From NCBI GenBank assembly GCA_950097015.1, contig CATNEN010000003.1, positions 5,394,001 to 5,458,000 on the forward strand: a stretch of DNA of 64,000 nt. Direction: 5' to 3'. The stretch comes from Macrostomum hystrix. Lineage: Eukaryota > Animalia > Platyhelminthes. The notes under the pieces are model-generated. The model did no database searches and had not been told where the DNA came from. It saw nothing but the letters and a program-made list of their open reading frames with translations. How positions within the stretch are numbered: position 1 is the first letter of the stretch; the number at the start of each line of letters is the position of its first letter. The position numbers and the translations under genes were made by a program. Positions 36,901-52,215 of this stretch are shown here, piece by piece.

Positions 36901-39900
36901 TCCAGATTGTCCCTGGTGTTGACAGTGCGGGCCTCTTGCACTTTAACGCTGTACTGAGCCTCGATCTCAGAGCGCAGGCTGTCGAGCTTGGACTCGTACT
37001 CGCGCTGGATGTCGTGCAGTGCCTGCGACATCTCGTTGCGCCAGAACTCCCGGTTCTCGCTGGTCGTGTCGCGATAGGCCAGGATGGCCAATTCTTTGAG
37101 CTCCTGGGGTTGAGGATCGGCTAATTAGATGTCTGATCCCCACTTCCCAACTCGATAAATTATAATACTTAAAATATATTTCTGATCCTAAAAAGTAGCG
37201 TGTATCCTCCTTAGTGTCTAACCACAAGACTGTCTCTGATCCCCACAGGTCATGTCTGATCCCCATAGGTAGTGTCTGATCCCCATAGGTAGTGTCTGAT
37301 CCCCATAGGTAGTGTCTGATCCCCATAGGTAGTGTCTGATCCCCATAGGTAGTGTCTGATCCCCATAGGTAGTGTCTGATCCCCATAGGTAGTGTCTGAT
37401 CCCAATAGGCAGTTTCTGATCCCAATAGGCAGTGTCTGATCCCAATAGGCAGTGTCTGATCCCAATAGGCAGTGTCTGATCCCAATAGGCAGTGTCTGAT
37501 CCCAATAGGCAGTGTCTGATCCCAATAGGCAGTGTCTGATCCCAATAGGCAGTGTCTGATCCCAATAGGCAGTGTCTGATCCCAATAGGCAGTGTCTGAT
37601 CCCAATAGGCAGTGTCTGATCCCAATAGGCAGTGTCTGATCCCCATAGGTAGTGTCTGATCCCAATAGGCAGTGTCTGATCCCAATAGGCAGTGTCTGAT
37701 CCCAATAGGCAGTGTCTGATCCCAATAGGCAGTGTCTGATCCCAATAGGCAGTGTCTGATCCCAATAGGCAGTGTCTGATCCCAATAGGCAGTGTCTGAT
37801 CCCAATAGGCAGTGTCTGATCCCAATAGGCAGTGTCTGATCCCAATAGGCAGTGTCTGATCCCCATAGGTAGTGTCTGATCCCAATAGGCAGTGTCTGAT
37901 CCCAATAGGCAGTGTCTGATCCCAATAGGCAGTGTCTGATCCCAATAGGTAGTGTCTGATCCCCATAGGTAGTGTCTGATCCCCCTTCGTAGTGTCTGAT
38001 CCCCCTTCGTAGTGTCTGATCCCCATAGGTAGTGTCTGATCCCCATAGGTAGTGGCTGATCCCCATAGGTAGTGGCTGATCCCCATAGGTAGTGGCTGAT
38101 CCCCATAGGTAGTGTCTGATCCCCATAGGTAGTGGCTGATCCCCATAGGTAGTGTCTGATCCCCACCGGTCATGTCTGATCCCAATCAATAGTGTCTGAT
38201 CCTTATTGGTGCCGTCTGAATCCCGAATGAGTACTTGGTACATTGTGTCAAATCCCCAACTTACGGACTCGTGAATCTGCTTCAAGAATTCTAGCTCCTC
38301 TCGAAGCGACTGGGCGGCATTCTCCGCATTGATGTGGTTCAGCGTCTCGGAGTCCAGATCCTGTGGTATTGAAGGAAATATTCATCAAACGATAAAGTCC
38401 CCAGTCGATCGACTCACTACTATTATTCTAAACAAAAATACTCACAGTTCTGAGCCTTGCCACTTCATCTCGCAGTCGTTTCACCTCCCGCTGGTCGCGA
38501 GCTCGCTCCTCATCGAAAGCGGCCACCCTTCGGCGCAGCAACGAAATCTCGCCGTCGTAGTCGGCCATCTGCTGGTTCAGCTTGTCGATGGTCTCTCGGT
38601 CCACCTGATGAAGGCGATTCGCTTCTTCCAGTCTGTAAGTTTCAGTGAATTTTAGCAGTTTGTATGCTAATCTGTGATTGGCTCGAGTTTGTGAATGGTT
38701 CAGCTTAATGATCTGTGATTGGCTGGAGATTCTGAATGGTTAGGTTTAATGGTCCGTGATTGGCTGGAGATTCTGAATGGTTAGGTTTAATGGTCCGTGA
38801 TTGGCTGGAGATTCCGAATGGCTTGATTTCACGTTCTGTGATTGGCTGCCGATCTTAAAGAAGAAATATTTTTATGTAATATATATTGGCTATGATATTT
38901 TATTAATTAAAAACAGCAAGTTGGAATAAACTTTCATGATATTGATAGATCATTTTTCCAAGCAACGACTTACAGAACTTGCAGCTCGTTCAGCTGATCC
39001 TCAAGCGAAGAGATTCGAACCTCGGTCTCGGCCTTCTGCTTCTCGGCATCTTCCAGCAGTTTGCGCAGCTGCTGCAGCTCAGTCTCGTAGGTCAGCTTGA
39101 TCTTCTCAGTCTCTTTGCCCCAGCGATCTTTCAGTTGCTGCAGCTCGTTCGAGAGTTTCTTGTTCTGGGCCTCAAGGAAGCGAACCTTGCAGAATGATAC
39201 ACGGGTGATAGCCAAATAGAAACGTTGTGGAAATGGATCGATAATAATAAGAGCTGTAAAAATGGATCGATAACGAAAACAACGGTAAAAATAAATAGAT
39301 AATTATTTAAGTAGTGAGAACGGATCGATAATTATACGAGCTGCAAAGATGGATCGATAATTTAAAGAGCTGTAAAAATGGATCGATAACTAAAACAGCA
39401 GCGAAAATGAATCGATAATTATTCAAGCAGTGAGAACGGATCGTTAATTATAGGAACTGCAAATATGGATCCATAATAAGAGTAGCAGTAAAAATAGATC
39501 GATAATTAGAAGAAATGGATCGATTATGGATAGATTATTATACAAGCAGTGAGAATGAATCGATAATTAAAAGAGCAGCGAAAATGGATCGATAATAAAA
39601 AGAGCAGTGAAAATGGATCGATAATTAAAAGAGCAGTGAAAATCGATCGATGATTAGAAGAGCTGCGAAAATCGATCGATAATTAAAAAAGCTGCGAAAA
39701 TCGATCGATAATTAAAAGAGCTGCGAAAATCGATCGATAATTAGAAGAGCTGCGAAAATCGATCGATAATTAAAAGAGCTGCAAAAATCGATCGATAATT
39801 AGAAGAGCTGCGAAAATCGATCGATAATTAAAGGAGCTGGAAAATCGATCGATTATTAGAAGAGCTGTGAAAATCGATCGATAATTAGAAGAGCTGCGAA

Positions 39901-41826
39901 AATCGATCGATAATTAAAAGAGCTGCAAAAATCGATCGATAATTAGAAGAGCTGCGAAAATCGATCGATAATTAAAAGAGCTGCGAAAATCGATCGATAA
40001 TTAGAAGAGCTGCGAAAATCGATCGATAATTAAAGGAGCTGGAAAATCGATCGATAATTAGAAGAGCTGCGAAAATCGATCGATAATTAAAGGAGCTGGA
40101 AAATCGATCGATAATTAGAAGAGCTGCGAAAATCGATCGATAATTATAAAAGCTGCAGTGCATAACAGTTTTATATGGTGATTAACTTTTGATTTAAATG
40201 AGCTAGTATGACCGATCTTCTAGATCATATTACATTATTGCCGCTGACTAAAAACGTCAGAGTTATATCGTACAATTATGCAGATTAGGTTATCTGATAT
40301 CAATTAACAATCAGTTAATGTACTGGCTAGTAGATTTCGAATATTCTATATACGAAAAACCCACAGAAACACAGAAAAGCAGTAAACAAAGCTATTCGAC
40401 TTAAAATAAAGGATCGAGCCTAAGAAGAATGTTAGAGACTACTAGACAACTTGTTCAAACAGACTACCTGAAAAAACCACTCCGCAAAATTCAGTTTTTA
40501 CTAGCGTAAATAGACCAAGACAAAACACACGGTAGGTGAGTAGATTAGCTATGCCACAGGCGAAACATGAGAACAGCTTTAAACTTTGTCGGTGCAAATA
40601 GGACTTGGACTAACTTATAACCACTGTCAATAGTTCTCGCGAGCCTGAAATTCTCCAAACTGCATTTAAATCCGCGCGCTCTCTGTTTATAATAGACTAA
40701 AACAAACACAGACTTAGTAAAACGTAGTTTTTTTTCGTTCGATAATTAATCTAGAAAGTGACTTCCGCTAGAAGCAGGTGAATCTGAACAAGAAAAAGCA
40801 AACACAGCGACTAAAGCACAGTGACTCAGAAGCAGAGAAATCTCAAACAGAAATATGTAGTTGTTTTACTTTTTAAGCAAAGATAATGCTCGGGTTAATA
40901 GATCAGAAATCACATTGTTTGCACTCCGAGACTTTTCCTTGCGGCACTTTTGTTGACAAAGAGCTAAACCATAATTTAAAGGCCTAATTGAAAAAGCTAA
41001 TTTAATCTAACTTTAACTTAAGTGGATTTCAAAAATAGAAATGTCGTTGGCAGAGCGGTTAACGAGTTTGCCTCTCGCACCAAGATTCCACGGCGAGGCC
41101 ACATTTATTAAAACAGACCTTTCCAAAATCCCAAATCCTAAAGATCATCCCAAATCCTTAAAAAATCCTAAAGAAAATCATCCTAAATCCAGAAAAATCC
41201 TGAGAAATCCCAAATTGGATCATCCCGAATCCTGAAAATCTTAAAGAAGATCATCCCGAATCCTGAAAATCACAAATTGGATCATCCTAAATCCTGAAAA
41301 TCCCAAATGGGATCATCCTAAATCCTGAAAATCCCAAATTGGATCATCCTAAGTCCTGAAAATCTAAAAGATAATCTCAAATCCTGAAAATCGTAAAGAT
41401 AATCTCAAATCCTGAAAATCCCAAATCCTAAAAATCCCAAATTGGATCATCCCAAATCCTGAAAATCCGTCGCACCTTTTCGATATAGCCGGCCAGCCGC
41501 TCGTTCAGCTCCTGCATGTCCCGCTTCTCCTTCTCGCGACCGTTCAGCATGCTGGAGACATCGGCGGCAACTGCGGCTCCGCCACGTCCGCCAGTCCCTG
41601 AAGAGTAGCTCCTGCTGACGTGGACGCTGCGAATGCTGGACGAAGAGCCCTTACCGTCGAGCAGGTCGCGAGCCTGGCCGAATCCTGGCAGAGTCCGATT
41701 GATGACGACAGTCTTCGGTGAGGCTATGGGGCCTCGGTAGCCGCCGCCGCCAGACGTTAGGACATTGTACCGGGTGGTCTTGACCGTGGTCACACTCTGC
41801 TGCTGCGAGCTGCCAGATGTGCTCAT
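33910..41826 (-). CDS. Cytoplasmic intermediate filament protein (protostome type, with lamin-tail domain)
   Basis: Exons 41826-41476, 39185-38974, 38632-38446, 38360-38265, 37103-36595, 36006-35909, (35824-35813), 35722-35598, 35514-35398, 34174-34058, 33954-33910. Motifs: LNERLAGYIEKVRFLEAQN, LELEIHAYRKLLEGEE, tail KTTYQRTAKGNVSIQECSPDGKFV. Ends ERATHNQKTVYSAS with no CaaX, so not a lamin. Confidence 0.96.
34250..35370. repeat. 27-28-bp intronic minisatellite (ATATCGATCAGAGGATTAGCATACAAA)n
   Basis: About 40 copies filling almost the whole intron. Confidence 0.96.
36160..36510. repeat. 15-bp intronic minisatellite (GAGGTGGCGGAGGAT)n
   Basis: Direct periodicity inside an IF intron. Confidence 0.95.
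37250..38202. repeat. 20-bp intronic minisatellite (GTGTCTGATCCCAATAGGCA / ..CCCCATAGGTA)n
   Basis: About 47 copies with two main variants. Confidence 0.97.
38670..38850. repeat. About 41-bp short degenerate intronic repeat (gtgattggctggagattctgaatgg...)
   Basis: Five tgattggct-anchored units. Confidence 0.8.
39230..40150. repeat. About 29-bp intronic minisatellite (AAAATCGATCGATAATTAGAAGAGCTGCG)n
   Basis: Degenerate left half grading into a homogeneous right half. Confidence 0.95.
41043..41105 (+). mobile_element. SINE family 1, head-only fragment
   Basis: gtcgttggcagagcggttaacgagtttgcctctcgcaccaag..gattccacggcgaggccacatt. Confidence 0.75.
41120..41468. repeat. About 30-bp degenerate repeat (aaatcccaaattggatcatcctaaatcctg) abutting the IF exon 1 donor
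   Basis: Direct degenerate periodicity. Confidence 0.85.
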
Positions 41827-42100
41827 TTTGTTTCTTAGAATTCTTAGAAAGCAGTCGAATTTTTTATCAACAAACAAACTAACTCATAGCCTCCAGTCTG
41901 GTGCCTACAGCAAGGAATATTTATGCAAAAGGCTTTGGCTGCGTGCGCGACAATTTTGGCTACCGTTCGCGCTCATTGGACGACAGCTAGTTCTATTTGC
42001 ACATTATACATTCTTGGTTGCTGCGGAAACAACACATGAATTGTACATTTAAAACTGCATTTGACTGCTAAATCATTTGTCAGTTTAGTGTTGTCACGCT

Positions 42101-42220
42101 GCCAGTCCCTGAAGAGTAGCTCCTGCTGACGTGGTCGCTGCGAATGCTGGACGAAGAGCCCTTACCGTCGAGTAGGTCGCGAGCCTGGCCGAATCCTGGC
42201 AGAGTCCGAGTGATGACGAC
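42101..42220 (-). pseudogene. 120-bp displaced copy of IF exon 1 coding sequence (41590-41709)
   Basis: Same orientation, 3 mismatches in 120 nt. Confidence 0.9.
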
Positions 42221-42264
42221 CTTCACCACCAAATATATTTTTAAACTGTCTATTTACTCTCTCC

Positions 42265-43560
42265 TACAATGTCTACCCATTTTATCCCACACTGTCTACC
42301 CACTCTATATCCCACACTGTCTACCCACTCTATATCCCACACTGTATCTCACTCTTTCCCACACTGTCTACCCACTCTATATCCCACACTGTCTACCCAG
42401 TCTATCCCACACTGTATCTCACACTTTCCCACACTGTCAACCCACTCTATCCCACACTGTATCCCACTCTATCCCACACTGTATCTCACTCTTTCCCACA
42501 CTGTATCTCACTCTTTCCCACACTGTATCTCACTCTTTCCCACACTGTATCCTACTCTTTCCCACACTGTCTACCCACTCTATCCCACACTGTATCCCAC
42601 TCTATCCCACACTGTATCTCACTCTTTCCCACACTGTCTACCCACTCTTTCCCACACTGTCTACCCATTCTATCCCACACTGTCTACCCAGTCTATATCC
42701 CACAGTCTACCCACTCTATATCCCACACTGTCTACCCAGTCTATCCCACACTGTATCTCACTCTTTCCCACATTGTCTACCCACTCTATCCCACACTGTA
42801 TCCCACTCTTTCCCACACTGTATCCTACTCTTTCCCACACTGTCTACCCACTCTATCCCACACTGTATCCCACTCTATCCCACACTGTATCCCACTCTTT
42901 CCCACACTGTCTACCCACTCTATATCCCACACTGTCTACCCACTCTATATCCCACACTGTCTACCCACTCTATATCCCACACTGTCTACCCAGTCTATCC
43001 CACACTGTATCTCACTCTATCCCACACTGTATCCCACTCTTTCCCACATGTCTACCAACTCTATCCCACACTGTCTACCCACTCTATCCCACACTGTATC
43101 TCACTCTTTCCCACACTGTATCTCACTCTTTCCCACACTGTATCTCACTCTTTCCCACACAGTCTACCCTTTCTTTCCCACACTGTATCCCACTCTTTCC
43201 CACACTGTCTACCCACTCTATCCCACACTGTATCCCACTCTATCCCACACTGTATCCCACTCTATCCCACACTGTATCTCACTCTTTCCCACACTGTCTA
43301 CCCACTCTTTCCCACACTGTCTACCCACTCTTTCCCACACTGTCTACCATTTCTTTCCCACACTGTATCCCACTCTTTCCCACACTGTCTACCCACTCTT
43401 TCCCACACTGTCTACCCACTCTTTCCCACACTGTCTACCCACTCTATCCCACACTGTCTACCCACTCTATCCCACACTGTCAACCCACTCTATCCCACAC
43501 TGTCTACCCACTCTTCCCCACCTGTCTTTCCCACATTTTCCCTGTCTACCCAATCTTTCC
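42265..43560. repeat. About 21-25-bp minisatellite (CCCACACTGTCTACCCACTCTAT family)
   Basis: Variant units in tandem; ORFs in all three plus frames are artefacts. Confidence 0.96.
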
Positions 43561-43874
43561 CATTCTGCTTATCGTGTCCATAAAAAGCTGTCTAAATTAT
43601 TGCAGTGTATGCATAGTCTAAAAGCGCCCAAAAATGGACAACGAACGACAGCGGATGTTGCTGGCTTAGCAAAACTTATTCATACGGAATTCCTTAATTA
43701 ACTGAGTAAGGAATGCAAGTAACGACATTTTTTAGCCCCAGCAACAAATTAAACGATCTTAAGCCGGTTTTTTAATACGGAAAATTTTTAAACCAGCAGT
43801 ATTAAGAAGCAATAAACTAAGCATTTTAATTTCCGCTATCGAAAACATGCCTTCTAGAATGGCAAACACTCAAT

Positions 43875-44562
43875 TCGTGATCTACCCAATCCATTTATGA
43901 TCCACCTAATCCATTCATGATCTACCTAATCCATTCATGATCTACCTAATCCATTCATGATCTACCTAATCCATTCATGATCCACTTAATCCATTCACGA
44001 TCTACCTAATCCACTCGTGATCTACCTAATCCATTCGTGATCTACCTAATCCATTCATGATCTACCTAATCCATTCACGATCTACCTAATCCATTCACGA
44101 TCTACCTAACCCAATAATGATCCACCTAACCCATTCATGATCTACCTAATCCATTCGTGATCTACCTAATCCATTCGTGATCCACCTAATCCATTCATGA
44201 TCCACCTAATCCATTCGTGATCCACCTAATCCATTCATGATCCACCTAACCTATTCGTGATCTACCTAATCCATTCATGATCCACCTAATCCATTCATGA
44301 TCTACCTAATCCATTCACGATCCACCTAATCCATTCACGATCTACCTAATCCATTTGTGATCTACCTAACCCAATAATGATCCACCTAATCCATTCATGA
44401 TCTACCTAATCCATTCATGATCTACCTAATCCATCAATAATCTATCTAATCAATTAGAAAACTACATAATCAATTCATGATCTACCTAATCAAATCAATT
44501 CATGATTTACCTAATCAATTCATGATCTACCTAATCCATTCAATATCTACCTAATCCATTCG
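43875..44562. repeat. 20-bp minisatellite (GATCTACCTAATCCATTCAT)n
   Basis: Direct periodicity. Confidence 0.96.
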
Positions 44563-44939
44563 TTCACGACTAACTATGTAAAGACGAAACATATAAATCG
44601 TCAAGTTACACAAAATATGAAAATATTGAGAATATTTAGTTGTTACTTATTTTTCACTTTTCACTCTAAAAAGAGACTGGCAAAAACACTAAAAATTGTT
44701 TTCGTGATTTTAATAACTGGTATATTTTAACCAATCCGGCAGACCATTTTGGTCTAAAATCTCAATAATATAATAAAATTAATTGTATTTACTTACATGC
44801 GTATATTATATACTTGCATGATGAACCGATTGCAGATTGTAAAACATGCTCCGCTAACAGTGGATTAAAAGCCTAACAAAACTTGTGAAATAGCAACAGA
44901 TAATGAAACTTGAAAAAATAACTTTTTTCGCTTTTAACC

Positions 44940-45955
44940 CACCCTCTATCAACATGAAATCCGCCCCTCTATCATCTTGAAATCCGCCCCTCTATCATCT
45001 TGAAATCCGCCCCTCTATCATCTTGAAATCCGCCTTCTATCATATTGAAATCCGCCCCTCTATCATCATGAAATCCGCCCCTCTATCATCTTGAAATCGG
45101 CCCCTCTATCATCTTGAAATCCGCCCCTCTATCATCTTGAAATCCGCCCCTCTATCATCTTGAAATCCGCCCCTCTATCATCTTGAAATCCGCCCTTCTA
45201 TCATATTGAAATCCGCCCCTCTATTATCTTGAAATCCGCCCCTCTATCATATTGAAATCCGCCCCTCTATCATCTTGAAATCCGCCCTTCTATCATATTG
45301 AAATCCGCCCCTCTATCATCATGAAATCCGCCCCTCTATCATCTTGAAATCCGCCCCTCTATCATCTTGAAATCCGCACCTCTATCATATTGAAATCCGC
45401 CCCTCTATCATCTTGAAATCCGCCCCTCTATCATATTGAAATCCGCCCCTCTATCATCTTGAAATCCACCCCTCTATCATCTTGAAATCCGCCCCTCTAT
45501 CATATTGAAATCCGCCCCTCTATCATATTGAAATCCGCCTTCTATCATATTGAAATCCGCCCCTCTATCATCTTGAAATCAGCACTCTATCATCTTGAAA
45601 TCCGCCCCTCTATCATCTTGAAATCAGCACTCTATCATCTTGAAATCCGCCCCTCTATCATCTTGAAATCAGCACTCTATCATCTTGAAATCCGCCCCTG
45701 TATCATCTTGAAATCCGCCCCTCTATCATATTGAAATCCGCCCCTCTATCATCTTGAAATCCGCCCCTCTATCATATTGAAATCCGCCTTCTATCATCTT
45801 GAAATCCGCCCCTCTATCATCTTGAAATCCGCCCCTCTATCATCTTGAAATCCGCCATCTATCATCATGAAATCCGCCCTCTATCATCTTGAAATCCGCC
45901 CCTCTATCATCTTGAAATCCGCCATCTATCGTCATGAAATCCGCCCTCTATCAAA
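44940..45955. repeat. 23-bp minisatellite (GAAATCCGCCCCTCTATCATCTT)n
   Basis: Direct periodicity. Confidence 0.96.
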
Positions 45956-46692
45956 TCTAGTATTTTACACTCTAGGCTAAAATATTGACAAATATTTTGG
46001 TTACATTGCTAAATAGTATAGTAGAAGAGAACACTTTGAGACTAAAAAATATCAATAAAAACTGATAAAAAATTTATATAACGAACACGATTAATCTCAA
46101 TGAATGAAATACATCAAATATATTACCACTGTATAAAAACACATGCAGCAGATTTCTAAGACAAGCGAGGACAGTGAGTTTGTAACAAAAAAACTACGAG
46201 TATAATTTAATAGCCAGATTAGTAGAAAAAACGGAAATATAAAAATAACAATAATACTTTTAGAACAAGAAAATTAGTAAAATATTTAACGCAAAATAAA
46301 GCATGCATTTAGGATGCAACCTACTAAGAGTAGGCCAGTTAGTGTATTTGATTGACAACAAAATTAAGCGCCACTATAATGTAGGAAAATGAGTTTCTAT
46401 GTTTAAACTGACGCTAGACAAACAGACAAAAACTATAATTAATAATTTCAAAACACTGACAGACACACAATAGCCTAAAAGACATGATTTTTTTAACAAA
46501 TAAGAACTGAAAAAGTTAAAGCAGTTATAATATATAATTAAGCGATAGTGACAATCTTTCCTCTAATGTTTGTATATAGATAGATAAATAATTTTTATAG
46601 AAGTCTTCAGCATAACAAAAACACAAAGAGATATCAGTCGCCAACTGAACAAGTATCAAGCCGGCGTTGCGCGCACTCACAATGCGGCCAGC

Positions 46693-48866
<2,174 letters not shown>

Positions 48867-49339
48867 CTAGTAAAAAATCAAGAAAACTTACTGAAAATAG
48901 CATTTTAGGATAATTAAATTTAAATTAAAAAAATATAAAACACTGGTGTAATCAGCAAAGTCGTTTTTAGTTGGCACCTTTGCAACAAAAAAGTAAGCTT
49001 ACTAATGAAAAAAAGTACATGATACATAGAAATTATTTCATTTAGTATAAGGTGCATATAGCAGATATTTATATCTATATAATATGTCACTCTGTTTACT
49101 TAAAATACCTTTGAGGATTATGAGTAAGAATGAGCTAGTAAAAAGTTGAAACATTATTTTAAAAATAGTCAAGCCCTGCTGGATAACAAGTGTATGCTTA
49201 ATAATAATAGTATATAATAAATCAGCTTCATTATTTAACTACAAAATGAGAAAATGTCAATATATACCTTGAAAATATGACTTAGCTGCAACTAGCTGAG
49301 AAATAAAAATGTTTATATACATGACATATATACATAAAA

Positions 49340-49544
49340 AATAATCAAAGGGGGGACCAAGGGACAAAAAAGGAAGGCGTGAAGAAAAGGAAAAAGGGGA
49401 GAGAAAGAGAGCAAATGAGAGCAAACTAAGTTGTAAATACAGCAATGAAATGAACTAAGTCGCAAATGAGAGCAAACTAAGTCGTAAATAGAGCAAAAAC
49501 TAAGTCGCACGGCCGGCTAAGATTTGGGAGGTTGCGCATGTATG
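49340..49544. mobile_element. Truncated copy of the CATACATGCGCAAC-TIR MITE
   Basis: Nearly identical to 51470-51652 including the right TIR; left end missing. Confidence 0.88.
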
Positions 49545-50084
49545 TAGCTAAAGTCAATATATCTAGTTAGTTATATAAAGCTTCCTGTATTCTTTATATT
49601 GTAAAAAAGAATATATATTTTGTCTTAATCTTAACACTAAACATGGATATATAGACTAAAAAGCAGCAGACTAAAATAAATGATTCTGATCTTGATTGGA
49701 TGATCCCAATCACAAAAAAAGAAATTCTATTATTCTAATTACTGCCCTAAAATTGCAACCCCATTTGACCTCAACTTACAGAAAAATACTTTTTTACATT
49801 CCAATTGCAAATTAAGATGTAATTACAACTGTTTCCTAGCAAGATGTTAGGAAAATAGTTTCTTAAATTCCAATTACAAGTTAAGTTCAAACAATATTTA
49901 TCGATTTAAAAAATTCTGTTTTTAGCTTGGTAGGCCTATGTATGTAGCTGCATCTTCAATATAGTTTATAACTTTGTGAAAACAATGCTTCAAGGTGTAG
50001 CTATCCCAGATTGAGCTGTGGCATAGCCACAGGCAGAGCTACTACAAGCAACTAGGCATATCAATACTCCAAATAGCTGGCAAT

Positions 50085-50338
50085 AATAATTAATAATAAT
50101 AATTGATTACACCTGCCCCAATTGGGTCAGATGTGCAGCCGACAGCACAGCCGCAGCTAATGTTCAGTCCACGGACTGGGGGGACGCCACACTCACCTTC
50201 AATTATCTTAGCTGATGCTGGTACCCTTTAAGTTAAGTGTCTTGCTAAAGGACGCAAATTGTTCGAGTGGAGTCAGGAATCGAACCCCCAACCTTCAAGT
50301 CGTGAGTCCGACGCCCTAACCACTAGGCTACAACCTCT
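50085..50338 (-). mobile_element. tRNA-derived SINE family 2 (CORE-like motif), full length
   Basis: Minus strand: GTAGCCTAGTGGTTAGGGCG (A box), CTCACGA anticodon-like loop, GGTTCGATTCC (B box), GTCCTTTAGCAAGACACTTAAC (CORE/MIR-like), (ATT)n tail. Confidence 0.85.
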
Positions 50339-50788
50339 GCCTAGTTTGGGAATAAAAAACAATAATAATAAGAAATAAAGATGTGGTGCAATTCTGCACA
50401 ACATTCTGCATGCTAGTTTTACTAGCTCAGAAAGATTACTACTTTTACAAGATTAGATAGGGCCTACTAGTTATAATTTTGGGGAGCACCTACTAGCCTA
50501 ATACTACATAGTAGGTACTATACAATATTCACAAATGCAGCTGGTCTTTCTTGGGCCATACTTAATCTGTGGAAAGTAGCATGTGGAATAGGGCATAAGT
50601 ATGGTTTCATTCATTAAACTCAAATTTGCCCAAAAATCGAAATCTAAGACCATAATGATATACGATTTGAAATTTAAGTACTGACGTGGCAGTGTCTATG
50701 GCCAAAATATACCCCACGGTCAGTGGCACTGACGTGGCAGTTGCACTGGTGAGGAGCGCAATTTCGAATTCAAATCAGATACTTATCA

Positions 50789-51299
50789 ATATGGCTGGTG
50801 GACGCCCATCAGCACCGATTGTCCTCATCCCCACCAACGAGGTGGAGAACCCGGCCATGCTGGAGCACATACATGCACAACCTCCCAAATCTTAGCTGGC
50901 TGTGGGACTTAGTTTTTGCTCTCATTTGTGACTTAGTTTGTTTGATTGCTCTATTTACAACTTAGTTTGCTCTCTTTTTCTCTCCCCTTTTTCCATTTCT
51001 TCACGCCTTCCTTTTTTGTCCCTTGGTCCCCCCTTTGATTTTTTTGCACTTGGTCAATTGGTTTTTGCAACTTACCTTGCTTGGCCCTCGTTTCACCCGG
51101 CCGGTTCGGCCGGTTCGGCCGGGTGTTGCGCATGTATGCTGGAGCACCTCGAAATGTGAAATGCAAGTTGTGTAACATGTACAGCACGCAGCCGCAGCTA
51201 TTTGAAATGTACCTGCTGGAATTTCCGTGGCACAAGAAGTTCCCACATCCCCACTTCCAGCACTTCCTGTGCTGTATAACCGAGCAGTACCCACTGTAG
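50789..51299 (+). pseudogene. Possible decayed BED zinc-finger/hAT transposase 5' fragment interrupted by a MITE
   Basis: After removing the MITE: MAGGRPSAPI..., frameshift, GHAGAPRNVKCKLCN...FEMYLLEFP. Resembles a BED-finger CxxC with degenerate distal ligands. Confidence 0.35.
50868..51138. mobile_element. hAT-type MITE, TIR CATACATGCGCAAC, TSD CTGGAGCA
   Basis: TIRs at both ends; 8-bp TSD at 50860-50867 and 51139-51146. Confidence 0.94.
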
Positions 51300-51371
51300 C
51301 TTCTGTGAAGCTTCTGCTGCAGGCCTAGCTTCTACCCAAAGGACATTATTCTGATGTTTCTCAATGTTACC

Positions 51372-51652
51372 CATACATGCGCAACACCCGGCCGACCCGG
51401 CCGAACCGGCCGGGTGAAACGAGGGCCAAGCAAGGTAAGTCGCAATAACCAATTGACCAAGCACAAAAAAATCAAAGGGGGGACCAAGGGACAAAAAAGG
51501 AAGGCGTGAAGAAAAGGAAAAAGGGGAGAGAAAAAGAGAGCAAATGAGAGCAAACTAAGTCGTAAATAGAGCAATGAAATGAACTAAGTCGCAAATGAGA
51601 GCAAAAACTAAGTCGCACGGCCGGCTAAGATTTGGGAGGTTGCGCATGTATG
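51372..51652. mobile_element. Second copy of the same MITE in opposite orientation, TSD ATGTTACC
   Basis: Perfect 14-bp TIRs; 8-bp TSD at 51364-51371 and 51653-51660. Confidence 0.95.
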
Positions 51653-52215
51653 ATGTTACCCATTATCCTTGTTACGCCAGTTATTGTTTTTCGCACGAAT
51701 TTGAGTTTAACGAATGAAACCATACTTATGCCTGGAATAGCATTAGCAAGCAGTGAAACTTCAACATATTATACAAAACAATACTTATTATACAATACAT
51801 TTTTGCGATATTGAACCCTTAATTAGCCCGAATAAAAAAAATATGTCTACCGAAGGCAAAATCTAGGTCTTGGAGTAGGCGTAGGCCTATTAAATAACAG
51901 TGACAGACATCTAAACTGGCTGTTTCAGATGCAAATAATGGGCTAAATTTTAAGTAGAGCTAGGCCTAACTAAACTCAACAAATGTAAAGGTTTACTAAC
52001 AGTTATGCTACGATCAGGTTCAGACAAAATATTTCTTGCATTGATATTTATAACATGAATTCTATATTAATAATGTATCATTATTTAAGACTGTGGTGCA
52101 AGACAGTCCTTTAAGTATTTTACCTTAAAGGACCCCCGTTTAGCTTTAAGTCGTTCTGTTTGTTCAGAAATAAAAAAATGAACAAATGAACAAAGAACAA
52201 AACCCTAAAAATTTT

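Noticed and set aside
37218-38285. Repeat ORFs (GSDTAYWDQTLPIGIRH); likewise 42144-43701 and 56018-57322
   Set aside because: Translations of minisatellites.
33910-41826. Nuclear lamin
   Set aside because: No CaaX and no evident NLS between rod and tail; C-terminus is typical of cytoplasmic IFs.
50268-50338. Functional tRNA-Val(CAC) gene
   Set aside because: Imperfect stems, followed by a SINE body and (ATT)n tail, with other copies in the window.
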